64,000 nt of DNA from Candidatus Latescibacterota bacterium. GTDB lineage: Bacteria > Latescibacterota > UBA2968 > GCA-2709665. How positions within the stretch are numbered: position 1 is the stretch's first letter; every line of letters begins with the position of its first letter. Shown piece after piece: positions 1 through 9,070 of this stretch. The notes below the pieces were generated by a model. That model ran no database searches. It worked only from the letters and a program-made list of their open reading frames with translations, and was not told the origin of the DNA. The DNA is taken from the NCBI GenBank assembly GCA_963662665.2, contig CAXXJS010000049.1, positions 28,373 to 92,372 of the forward strand, in the 5' to 3' direction. A program made the translations under genes and the position numbers.

Positions 1-269
1 TTCGCGCCACGCACTTTCAGTCCCGCCGCTCGCGCGAGCGCCCTGCCCGGCAGGAAGCAGAGGAGCGTGCCACCGCGGCGTGCGTAGTCCGTGAGTTGGT
101 CCCCGTCCTGATACGCCGGACAGACGAGTACCGGAACATCGGCTGGTTCGAGGGTCGGTACCCGGTCGCGGCAAACTGCCGTGCAGAGCGACAGTCCCCA
201 GGTCTTGAGAATCTCTGCAATGTAGGCCGAAAGGTTGGACGTGTCCGTCAGAATGCCGATTTTCATCAT
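1..269 (-). CDS. hypothetical protein, 5' part only (runs off the window start)
   Basis: Not in the ORF track. Reading the minus strand by hand gives an open frame MMKIGILTDTSNLSAYIAEILKTWGL... to base 1; the ATG overlaps the upstream TGA (ATGA coupling). Confidence 0.6.
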   Translation of the reverse strand, partial: MMKIGILTDTSNLSAYIAEILKTWGLSLCTAVCRDRVPTLEPADVPVLVCPAYQDGDQLTDYARRGGTLLCFLPGRALARAAGLKVRGA

Positions 270-1438
270 CCGGCGCTTTCGGGCATAACGCCAACGGGTC
301 TGGCGTTCGTCGGACGGAATTCGGGCACCTTCATGGGGTGGGTCCCGCGGTCGATGGAATCCGCCGCAAGGATGGCCGGCGCGGCGGTCTCGATGGCACG
401 GTAAACGTTGAATTCCTGCGCTTTGCCCTCACGGACGGCGTCGCGGAACGCGGCGTGCACGTAATAGTCGGCGTCGCCGTGGCCGCTTGCGCGGGCTTCG
501 GGCGGCGCGTCGGTGCGCTCGAAACGCCAGTCGACCTCGGCCATGTCGTGCATCTGTTCGTCGGCCAGCCACATGAGCGGTTTCCCTCTTTGCGAACGCT
601 TCCATTCAACGCTTCCCCTTGTGCCGAGCACCTGGTACCAATGGTGACCCCGGTTGCCGGGGATTTTCTGTGTGAATCCGGCGGCCATCCGCAATATCGC
701 ATCCTTTTCGGTTTTCATCAGCGCCACCTGGATGTCGGGCTGGCCGATTTCGGGATGGGAATAACTGGGCCCGGACGTGCTCATGGCCGTCACTTCCACC
801 ACCCGGTCGTCCAGCACGCGGAGCATGGGGCTGAGTTCGTGAGGAAGGTAGTGGATGGGCGGCATTTCTTGACGCCAGGTCGGTCTGGCCCCGGGATGCT
901 CCTCCAGTTCCTCGACCGTATGGAACGCTCCCGTGTCGGGATTCTGAAAGAAATGGCGCGTACCGTAGTAGCCGATATACTGGCCTTCGCAGAACGTGAC
1001 CCGGCCCAGCCGTCCCTGCGCCACGAGGTCCCGCCATGTTTCCACGAAACCCCAGTACCTCGTCTGTTCGGCCAGATGGTAGACCAGGCCGGTGCGTTCA
1101 ATTTGGGTGACGATCCGCCAACAATCTTCCATGGTGTGGGCGGCGGGCACCTCGGAGTTCACGTGTTTGCCGGCTTCCAGGGCCATGGCCGCCAGCGCGC
1201 CCTGTTCCCTGCAGCGGACGCAGAGCGCAATGGCGTCCACGTTTCCGTCCGCCAGAATATCTTCATATGCCGCATAGGCCCTGGCCGGTTTTTCAAGTGC
1301 GGCGAGCGCGCGTTCGTGCAGCGCGGCAATGGGGTCGCATACGGCGGTGATCCGGTAGCCGTTGAGACTCTGCAGAAGGCGGAGCCAGTGCAGACCCCGG
1401 TGACCGAGCCCCACGAGGCCCACGCGAATGTCATCCAT
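266..1438 (-). CDS. Gfo/Idh/MocA family oxidoreductase
   Basis: N-terminal Rossmann motif IRVGLVGLGHRG, AGKHVNSEVP and C-terminal GHGDAD; start moved to MDDIRV, which has a GAGG RBS. Confidence 0.9.
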   Translation of the reverse strand: MDDIRVGLVGLGHRGLHWLRLLQSLNGYRITAVCDPIAALHERALAALEKPARAYAAYEDILADGNVDAIALCVRCREQGALAAMALEAGKHVNSEVPAAHTMEDCWRIVTQIERTGLVYHLAEQTRYWGFVETWRDLVAQGRLGRVTFCEGQYIGYYGTRHFFQNPDTGAFHTVEELEEHPGARPTWRQEMPPIHYLPHELSPMLRVLDDRVVEVTAMSTSGPSYSHPEIGQPDIQVALMKTEKDAILRMAAGFTQKIPGNRGHHWYQVLGTRGSVEWKRSQRGKPLMWLADEQMHDMAEVDWRFERTDAPPEARASGHGDADYYVHAAFRDAVREGKAQEFNVYRAIETAAPAILAADSIDRGTHPMKVPEFRPTNARPVGVMPESAG

Positions 1439-1595
1439 TGAAGACCTCTGAAGATTGACGCAAGGATCGCATGTTCTGGGTGGGCATTCAAACGATGAGG
1501 GGGGATCCATACGAATATACGGATCTTCCGTCCGCGCGCAAGTATCGGATCGTACGGAACGCCAGGGCACCGGCGCCCGTGCAAGGGCGGACTTG

Positions 1596-2822
1596 CTAAT
1601 CGACGCGCTGTGCGGGGCCTGGATCCGTGGCACGGTGAGAGTAGTATAGGCCGATACCGCAGGCAACCGCCCCCAGGGCGAACACAACGCCGATAGCGAA
1701 GGGAACGGCGGGGCCCCAGTCGATTAGTTTACCGCCGCCCAGGCTTCCGGAAAGCATACCGGCGCTCCATGCCACGTGCGCGCTGCCGACCACCCGTCCC
1801 TCCTCGCCCTCGCCCGCGGTCAACTGCAGGATGCCGGGCATGGTTGTGGAGAGGGACCACGCGAAGACGGAAGCCATTATTCCGAAAATGTACAGGCCGG
1901 CAAGCGTGTGAGCCGTAAACGTGAGACCCACGGCGCTGACCGCGACAAGCGAAGACGAGACGAAGACGGGCTTCCACCGGCCGATGCGGTCCACGAACCG
2001 GCCCGTGAGCAACTGCGAGCCGCATGCGGCAACCAGGCTGATGGCGCTGTACGTGGTGACGGACGTGTTGGTGCCGGAGATGCGAAAGATGAGCAGCGGT
2101 ATCAGCAGGCTCACCGCGCCCCAATAGCTGGTCGGGAGGTACCGGATGGCCAGCAGCAGGCGGACTTCCCGGCGACGGCAGAGGCGGATGTATCCGGCGA
2201 GAGACCGCGTGGCCGACCTGTCGGAGTGTGCGTGTCTCGGGAGGCTGGGCAGCATTGCGAGGGTCAAAACGACGATACCGGCGGCGGTCGCGCAGGCCAG
2301 ATGTCCGAGGGGTTCGTATCCCAGGTTGTCGGCTACGGGTCCGGCCATCAGGTTGCCCGCGGCGCTTCCGAGCGTACTGCTCAGAAAATATCCCGCGGAA
2401 GCCATGCCCATCACGCCTGCGGGAGCGGCGCCCAGGAGGTAGCTCTGCCCGCCCGTGCTGCTGAATCCGAAGGTCATTCCAAGGCCGATGGATAAAGCCG
2501 ATAAAAGATAGGGGTCCCCCGTGAGAAACATGGCGCCCGCCAGCAGCGGCCCGAATTGGCCCAGGATCAGCACGCGCTTGATGCCGAAGGCGTCGCAAAG
2601 CATGCCCGCGGGCACTGAACACAGCCCCCCAAGCATAAAAAAGAGGCCGCGCAGGCCGGCGGTAAAGAGAGGCGACCGTGAAAGACCGGCTTCGACGTAG
2701 GCCGGAAGCAGCGACGAATAGAGGGGAGACGAAACAAGACTGGCAAGGAAGGAAACGACGAGAAGGGCGACGAAGCGGCGGTTCAGCAACTCCTTGAGGT
2801 CTGCTTGGGGCGGATCGGGCAT
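1596..2822 (-). CDS. MFS transporter
   Basis: About 12 hydrophobic segments; MFS motif A variants GMLCDAFGIK and GRFVDRIGRW. Confidence 0.9.
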   Translation of the reverse strand: MPDPPQADLKELLNRRFVALLVVSFLASLVSSPLYSSLLPAYVEAGLSRSPLFTAGLRGLFFMLGGLCSVPAGMLCDAFGIKRVLILGQFGPLLAGAMFLTGDPYLLSALSIGLGMTFGFSSTGGQSYLLGAAPAGVMGMASAGYFLSSTLGSAAGNLMAGPVADNLGYEPLGHLACATAAGIVVLTLAMLPSLPRHAHSDRSATRSLAGYIRLCRRREVRLLLAIRYLPTSYWGAVSLLIPLLIFRISGTNTSVTTYSAISLVAACGSQLLTGRFVDRIGRWKPVFVSSSLVAVSAVGLTFTAHTLAGLYIFGIMASVFAWSLSTTMPGILQLTAGEGEEGRVVGSAHVAWSAGMLSGSLGGGKLIDWGPAVPFAIGVVFALGAVACGIGLYYSHRATDPGPAQRVD

Positions 2823-3055
2823 TGTTGAACCGGGTTATGGCGATTCGCGTTCGAAAGCGCTGGACATCGGTTTGCAGCGAAAACATATTGGGGTATCGGA
2901 GGTGCCGCCTATTATGGACGATCGTCACCGCGATGTCAACCCAAAAGGGGATTCGGATTCGCGGTTGCCATTCCACTGGCGACACGAAACCGATGAATGT
3001 GTCGTCCGGAAACACGCTCGGGATTTTGGCCGATGAGGACGCAAGGGGTTCCGGC

Positions 3056-3586
3056 ATGGGAAAAACACGGAAAAGGGTGATACCGGGCTGGACCGGGAGG
3101 TGTTTTGAGGATTTCGAGGTGGGCGACGTCTACCGGAGCCGGTTCGGGAGAACGGTGACGGAGGCCGACAACCAGCTGTTCACGCACCTGACGATGAATA
3201 CCAATCCGCTTCACTTCGACGAGGAGTATGCCCGGAACACGCGGTGGGGAAAGATCCTGGTGAACAGCACGTTTACGCTCGCACTGGTGGTTGGCATGAG
3301 TGTGCCCGACGTGAGCGAGAAGGCGATGGCGAATCTCGGCTGGAGCGACATCCGGCTCCCCAATCCGGTATTTGTGGGAGATACGCTCTATTGTGAAACG
3401 GAAGTGCTCGCCACGCGGGAGTCGAAGTCGTTCCCGGAAGCGGGTATCGTAAAAGTGCACACGCGAGGCGTGAATCAGACCGGGCGCGTCGTCATCGACC
3501 TGACGCGCAGTGTAATGATCTACAAAAACGCGCACGCGCCGTCGGGAGTAACCTTTCCCGAAATTCGCGAGGAGAAGGACGGGTGA
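3056..3586 (+). CDS. MaoC-family (R)-specific enoyl-CoA hydratase/dehydratase (RipB/Ich-like)
   Basis: FEDFEVGDVY...RTVTEADN...NPLHFD hydratase-2 motif and PVFVGDTL; start at MGKTRK after AAGGGG. Confidence 0.88.
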   Translation: MGKTRKRVIPGWTGRCFEDFEVGDVYRSRFGRTVTEADNQLFTHLTMNTNPLHFDEEYARNTRWGKILVNSTFTLALVVGMSVPDVSEKAMANLGWSDIRLPNPVFVGDTLYCETEVLATRESKSFPEAGIVKVHTRGVNQTGRVVIDLTRSVMIYKNAHAPSGVTFPEIREEKDG

Positions 3587-4443
3587 AGGCGATTCGGTCC
3601 TGGCTGTTTGTGCCGGGGCACCGGCAGCGGATGATCGAGAAGGCATTCGATCTGGCGTCGGACGTCGTGATCTTCGATCTGGAAGACGGCGTCCCGACGG
3701 CTGAAAAGGATGTCGCGCGCCGACAGGTGGCTGAGGCGCTGTGTGGCGTGGCTGCAGGGACGGCCCCGTTCGTGAGAGTTCATGCGGCAGGGTCCTCGGA
3801 ACTGCACGCCGATTTGCGGGCGCTCGCCGGGGCGCGTCCGCAGGGACTCGTGATGCCCAAGGTACGGGGTCCGAACGATGTACTTGAGATGCACGGGTGG
3901 CTCGCCGGACACGAGAAAAAGGCGGGATTGCCGTCCGGCGCCGTCCGGCTTCTGGCGACCATTGAGAGCGCCGGTGGCCTGGTTCATGCTCCGTCGATTG
4001 CATCCGCCACGCCCAGGATGGCGGGGCTCATGTTCGGCGCGGAGGATTTCGCCTTGAATATGGGCCTCTTTTCGCATCCGGGGCAGGGTTTGTTTGATTA
4101 CGTCCGTTCGGCACTGGCGATAGCCGCGGCCAGCGGACAGATCCAGGCCATTGACAAGGTCTTTACAGCCATCCGCGACTCCGACGGGCTGGCCCGGGAA
4201 GCACGGCGGGCCCGGGACCTCGGGTTTGACGGAAAGGCCGTGATTCACCCGGATCAGATCGGCGCGGTGAATGATATCTTCAGTCCGACACGGGACGAGG
4301 TGACGATGGCCAGGAGGATCGTCACGGCCTTTGAACGCCACGCGGACGACGGCGCCGCAGCCGTGGACGGCCGGATGGTCGACAGACCGGTGCTGGAACA
4401 GGCTCGAAGGGTTCTGGACCGCCACGGGGAGGAACGCGCGTAG
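3583..4443 (+). CDS. CitE/HpcH-family CoA ester lyase (citryl/citramalyl-CoA lyase-like)
   Basis: RSWLFVPG, DLEDGV, MPKV, IESAGG, FGAEDF, GKAVIHPDQI, GRMVDRP; GTGA overlap with the MaoC gene. Confidence 0.9.
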   Translation: MKAIRSWLFVPGHRQRMIEKAFDLASDVVIFDLEDGVPTAEKDVARRQVAEALCGVAAGTAPFVRVHAAGSSELHADLRALAGARPQGLVMPKVRGPNDVLEMHGWLAGHEKKAGLPSGAVRLLATIESAGGLVHAPSIASATPRMAGLMFGAEDFALNMGLFSHPGQGLFDYVRSALAIAAASGQIQAIDKVFTAIRDSDGLAREARRARDLGFDGKAVIHPDQIGAVNDIFSPTRDEVTMARRIVTAFERHADDGAAAVDGRMVDRPVLEQARRVLDRHGEERA

Positions 4444-4502
4444 AGCGGACCGGCCGGCAGACTTTCCGTGAGGCGCACGGTGTTCGCGATCGCTCGCGGC
4501 AG

Positions 4503-5774
4503 ATGATGAAACGGTACGTTCCGGGCGTGTCTGCGTTGTCGGACGATTTCAGTGGACGAGAGGATCACTTGCACGAAAGACACCAGCACCCGCCGTTGGG
4601 CGGGATAAGGATAGTCTCGGTGGAGCAGTTCGGCGCGGGGCCGTGGGGGACGATGATGCTAGCGGACCTGGGCGCCGAGGTCATCAAGGTCGAAAACCCC
4701 GGGACACGCGGCGACGTCGCGCGTTACGTGCCTCCGTATACGGCCGATCGGGACAGCCTGTATTTCCAGAGTTTCAATCGGAACAAGAAGAGCATAACGC
4801 TAAATTTACAGCATCCGGGAGCCACGGAGGTGTTGCATCGCCTGGTGAGGATTTCGGACGGCGTGTTCAACAACCTGCGCGGAGACCTTCCCGCCCGGCT
4901 GGGCCTGGACTATCCGTCTCTGAGTGAGGTCAAGGCTTCGATCGTGTGCTGCTCGCTTTCCGCATTCGGGCGTAATGGGTCTCGCGCAAACGAGCCGGGT
5001 TACGACTATCTGATGCAGGGCTATGCCGGCTGGATGAGCCTGACCGGGGAGCCGGACGGCCCGCCAACGAAGACGGGACTCTCCCTTGTGGACCTTGGCG
5101 CGGGCGCGATGGCGTCTCTGGGCATGGCAAGCGCGATTTTCCGCGCCAGGCAGACGGGTCTGGGGTGCGACGTGGACGTGAACCTGTTCGATACGGCGCT
5201 CGCGCATCTGGGATACGTGGGGGCGTGGTACCTGACCCGAGGCTATGAGGCGAATCGGACGCCCGATTCTTCGCATCCGTCGCAGATCCCGTCGCAGGTG
5301 GTGCCCACAAAGGACGGATGGCTTGTGGTGATGTGCGCTAAGGAGAAGTTCTTCAGGAACCTGGTTCTTGTTCTTGGGGCGCCGGAACTGGCTGAAGATA
5401 CCCGGTTCCGCTCCTTTGCGGATCGTCTTGAGAATCGCGACGTTCTGGTTCCAATCCTGAAGGACCGCTTCCGCAGAAAGACAACCGCCGCCTGGCTCTC
5501 GCTGCTCAAGGGCAAGGTGCCCTGTGCGCCGGTAAACACCGTTGCGCAGGCCTTTGCCGACCCGCACGTGGACGAGAACGATATGATACTGGAACTGCCG
5601 CATCCCGAGTTCGGCGCGGCCAGGGTCGTGGCCAGTCCGATCAAGGTCGAGGGTCCGCCGGTTGAACCCCGGCGCGGACCCTCGCTGGGCGAACACAACG
5701 AACCGATTCTGAGCGACTATCTGTGCTATTCAGCCGCGGAGATCGAGAAGCTCCGCAGCGACGGAGCCATTTGA
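4503..5774 (+). CDS. Family III CoA-transferase (CaiB/BaiF)
   Basis: PLGGIRIVS, AGPWGTMMLADLGAEVIKVE, NRNKKS, GYDYLMQ (catalytic Asp), PSLGEHN; the true start may be about 20 codons downstream. Confidence 0.92.
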   Translation: MMKRYVPGVSALSDDFSGREDHLHERHQHPPLGGIRIVSVEQFGAGPWGTMMLADLGAEVIKVENPGTRGDVARYVPPYTADRDSLYFQSFNRNKKSITLNLQHPGATEVLHRLVRISDGVFNNLRGDLPARLGLDYPSLSEVKASIVCCSLSAFGRNGSRANEPGYDYLMQGYAGWMSLTGEPDGPPTKTGLSLVDLGAGAMASLGMASAIFRARQTGLGCDVDVNLFDTALAHLGYVGAWYLTRGYEANRTPDSSHPSQIPSQVVPTKDGWLVVMCAKEKFFRNLVLVLGAPELAEDTRFRSFADRLENRDVLVPILKDRFRRKTTAAWLSLLKGKVPCAPVNTVAQAFADPHVDENDMILELPHPEFGAARVVASPIKVEGPPVEPRRGPSLGEHNEPILSDYLCYSAAEIEKLRSDGAI

Positions 5775-5849
5775 ACTGCCGCATCCGGGAACGACAACTG
5801 GCGGGCTCGCGAGCTTTATCGGGACCGCAACCACAAGAAGGGAGGCCCG

Positions 5850-6695
5850 ATGGGAGAAATGTTAACGCTTCCGGCGCACTACTACCGTCAGCACGACGCG
5901 GATCTGGGCGCGGACGTTCCGGGACGCGGTTACGCGGGCTGGACGACCCGCACACTGGACGTGCCGCTTGAAAGGACGGCGCTGGTGAGCATGCACGCGT
6001 GGAATCCCGGTCTGGTAGACGAGATTCCACCGGGGCCCGGGTCGCCGTACGACGGCTGGTTCCGCATGGTGGAATATCTGCCCAGGGCGATGAGGATTTC
6101 GCGGGACGTCTTTCCGCCGCTCTTGGAAGCGGCAAGACACGCCGGTTTATCCGTAATTCACGTTGCATCGAGCGAGAGTTATACCGCGTCTAACAACGAA
6201 TACCAGCGCATCAAGGCGATGGCGGGGCCGGAGCCGGAATCGGCGCGGGGTGCGGCGGAAGATCCACTAAAGAAACAGTGGCAGACCGACCGCGGCAGCC
6301 AGATGACCGGCGCGCACAACCAGCCGGACATCGCGGCGGGATTCAAACACATCGGCTTTGCGCCACAGGCGATTCCCGATGCCGGCGAGCCCGTGGTGAT
6401 CAATACCCATCAGCTGAACGCCGTATGCCGTGAACGTGACATCTGGCACCTGATCTATATCGGGTTCGCCATCAACTGGTGTCTGCTGGCCAGCCCGGGC
6501 GGCATGATCGATATGGGGCGGCTGGGGTACGTGTGCTCGACGATCCGGCAGGCGACAACGGCCGTGGAGAACGGGGAAAGCTGTACCGAGGAACGGGCCA
6601 AGGAGATTGCGCTGTGGCGGGTATCGCTGATGTTCGGGTACGTGTTTGACGTCGACCCCGTGATCGACGCCCTGGGTCAGTTGTCGAACGGGTGA
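5850..6695 (+). CDS. isochorismatase/cysteine-hydrolase-like protein
   Basis: RTALVSMHAW, ARHAGLSVIHV, LIYIGFAINWC (nucleophile-Cys-like position), ATTAVE; strong GGGAGG RBS. Confidence 0.55.
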   Translation: MGEMLTLPAHYYRQHDADLGADVPGRGYAGWTTRTLDVPLERTALVSMHAWNPGLVDEIPPGPGSPYDGWFRMVEYLPRAMRISRDVFPPLLEAARHAGLSVIHVASSESYTASNNEYQRIKAMAGPEPESARGAAEDPLKKQWQTDRGSQMTGAHNQPDIAAGFKHIGFAPQAIPDAGEPVVINTHQLNAVCRERDIWHLIYIGFAINWCLLASPGGMIDMGRLGYVCSTIRQATTAVENGESCTEERAKEIALWRVSLMFGYVFDVDPVIDALGQLSNG

Positions 6696-6731
6696 CGGCG
6701 GTTTGGGAATCGACACCTCGCGCGGGGCCGT

Positions 6732-7355
6732 TTAGAGCGCCGTCACGAGGGCAATGCCCCCCACAACCAGCAGCGAGACAGCCCAGATCAGATCGAAATT
6801 GATCCAGTTTCGCCGGAGCACGGCCAGACCCAGTTTGCGGTACACGATCCACGCGACGGCGCCCATCACGAGCCACATGGCCAACGTGTGGACGCCCACG
6901 GCCAGTAAGACGTCTGTCAGAGAGTTCATATCCGGCGGACCGTGGCCGTGATTTGCGGTCGCCACGCCCAGCAGGGCAGGAATAACCATCAGACCCGCGC
7001 CGTGGGCGGTGGCCATCAGAAACGACCAGGCGAAGAGATCTCCCTGTCCGACCTTCATTCCCACCCATCGCGGATGCCGGTAATAGTTGAACAGCTTGTA
7101 GATTCCGAAGGCGATCAGCAGGAGGGCGGTAATCCACTGCAGGGCGGACAGGGAGATAAAACGGAGGCCTGCCAGGACAATGCCGGCGACGACGGCTATT
7201 GAGGCTGCATGGCCGGCCGCGATGGGGAAAAGGGCAATCCAGACGGCGCGTTCGCTGTTGTGCTGGAGCCCGAGAGACAGGGCAAACAGCCAGCCCATGC
7301 CGGGATTCAGTCCGTGAAAGGCGCCAAAGCCAATCATCGCCAGCCACGGCCCCAT
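6732..7355 (-). CDS. His-containing integral membrane protein associated with selenium-binding protein
   Basis: About 6 TM segments; FHGLNPGMGW, GHAAS, RHPRW, AHGAG, HGHG; starts 4 nt after the SBP56 stop. Confidence 0.75.
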   Translation of the reverse strand: MGPWLAMIGFGAFHGLNPGMGWLFALSLGLQHNSERAVWIALFPIAAGHAASIAVVAGIVLAGLRFISLSALQWITALLLIAFGIYKLFNYYRHPRWVGMKVGQGDLFAWSFLMATAHGAGLMVIPALLGVATANHGHGPPDMNSLTDVLLAVGVHTLAMWLVMGAVAWIVYRKLGLAVLRRNWINFDLIWAVSLLVVGGIALVTAL

Positions 7356-7359
7356 CCAG

Positions 7360-8757
7360 TCAGGAAGGGTAGCAAAAAGAGTCGGTGGAGGCATCTCCTC
7401 CTTCCAATCGGACCTGGTGGACGCGCGTTTCGCCGAAGTCGATGAAGAAACCGGGGTCCAATTCAAGCCCTCCGTCCGGGTCGACGTTGGCTTTCGCCAT
7501 CCAGCCGTCCATTCCCGACGGATAGAACTGGTCGTCCCAGGCGCTGTAGAGCGAATTGGTAAAGTAAATCCTCCGCCCGTCGCGGCTGATTTCCACCATC
7601 TGCGGACCACCCGACAATAAGCCGTCACGCTTCGCGTGCGGCGTTTTATTTACGATACCCCCGATGTCCACCTTGCCTGTCAGGACCGGCTCGAACGGAT
7701 CGGAAACGTCGTACTGATGCAGTTCACCCAGGCCCCAGCAGGAAACGTACAGAAATCTGTCGTCCAGGGAGAGATCGATATCGGTGACCAGGGGCGGTAC
7801 GGCTTCGAACGCCTTCAGTATCGGAGGCAGGTCCGCCGCACCGGCCGGCACGGCCGGAATCGTGATCACCTTTCGCATTCGCCAGGCGCCGTTTTCGCGG
7901 AACCACGTCCAGATGGAGGCGGACAGGTCCGCAGTGCTGACGACCACACCGGCGAAGCCGTAGGTCTTTCGCGGATCGTGCGCGGGCCGCAGTTCGAGGA
8001 GCATCTGATGTTCCGGGCCGATGTCAACTGTCTGATCGAGTCGGCGTTTTCTGAGATCCCAGAAATGGAGCCGGTGGCCGTATTTGTTCGCGAGCAGGTC
8101 CTCGGGTACCACCCCGTTCTCGAATTGCTCTGGCCTGCACCATTCGCTGCTCATCAGGACGTCCTCGGCAAGGTGCCACCAGAAGTCGTACGCCAGTTCC
8201 TGTGAACCGCGATGAATTTCCCAGGGCCCTATGACGTCGAAACTGAAGTGGTCGAGCAGGAAGATACCCCCCGGGCCATCGCCGCCGTTCGCCGGGCCCA
8301 ACGCGCTGACGTAGATCGCGTCGGGCCCGCAATGTACGGTGTGGGGCCGGCTGTAGCCCGACCTGGCCATGAGCTCATCCGGCTCTATGATCTTGACGAT
8401 ATGGGGACGGGTGGGGTCCGGCCTGGTATCCACAACGTAGATGCGCGACGTACGCAGGGCGGGCAGGATCAGGTAACGTCGTTCCAGGTGGGGATGAGGC
8501 GCATAGGGGCACAGGGCCGAGCTGCAGGCATTCCAGCCGAAATGGTGGAGTTCGTCCCCGTTGTACGGCATCTGGAGGGAGTGGATGTTTTGACTGTACG
8601 TGGGAGACGTCGGATCAAGATCCACGACGCTCAGGGCATCGGGTCGATCGTTCTCGCCGGGATTGAGAGCGGACACGTAACCGTACCGTTCCGGTGGCGC
8701 CTGCATGGCCATCCTGGGCGATGGATAAAATGATGGATCGGGTTTCCATAACGGCAT
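7360..8757 (-). CDS. selenium-binding protein SBP56 / methanethiol oxidase (SELENBP1-like)
   Basis: GDELHHFGWNACSS, SRPHTVHC, YDFWWH, GGPQMVEISRDGRRIYFTNSLYSAWDDQFYP, RLEGGDASTD. Confidence 0.9.
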   Translation of the reverse strand: MPLWKPDPSFYPSPRMAMQAPPERYGYVSALNPGENDRPDALSVVDLDPTSPTYSQNIHSLQMPYNGDELHHFGWNACSSALCPYAPHPHLERRYLILPALRTSRIYVVDTRPDPTRPHIVKIIEPDELMARSGYSRPHTVHCGPDAIYVSALGPANGGDGPGGIFLLDHFSFDVIGPWEIHRGSQELAYDFWWHLAEDVLMSSEWCRPEQFENGVVPEDLLANKYGHRLHFWDLRKRRLDQTVDIGPEHQMLLELRPAHDPRKTYGFAGVVVSTADLSASIWTWFRENGAWRMRKVITIPAVPAGAADLPPILKAFEAVPPLVTDIDLSLDDRFLYVSCWGLGELHQYDVSDPFEPVLTGKVDIGGIVNKTPHAKRDGLLSGGPQMVEISRDGRRIYFTNSLYSAWDDQFYPSGMDGWMAKANVDPDGGLELDPGFFIDFGETRVHQVRLEGGDASTDSFCYPS

Positions 8758-9070
8758 CGTCGTACGTTCCTTCCAATGAGTGATTACGGAGATTCACGGT
8801 GGCGCGGGAACCGTCGCCGCCGCGGCGACGGGACGAGCCGTCCCCTCGCAGTCAGGATCGGATTTCCAGCCGTCGTTAGCCTCAATTCGAAAAAAACAGC
8901 AACACGGCAACGAGGCGAAAACCCCTGAAACGAAGTGAAACGGTCGTCTTAGAGGACATTCTTTCAGTTCACGTCCAGTGACCTGGTGTATCCTGGTAAT
9001 CAGAAGTTAAATCGCCTTTAACTACTTGTATTTATTCGGTTTTACTTCCCCGAAGAATTTCGAATCAAGG

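Noticed and set aside
1500-1530. Hairpin GATCCGTA-TATTCG-TATGGATC between the MFS and oxidoreductase genes
   Set aside because: Single short stem with no recognisable riboswitch or terminator features.
8883-8960. 25-codon minus-strand ORF (MSSKTTVSLRFRGF…) upstream of SBP56
   Set aside because: No clear RBS, codon cluster or U-tailed terminator; cannot be supported as a leader.
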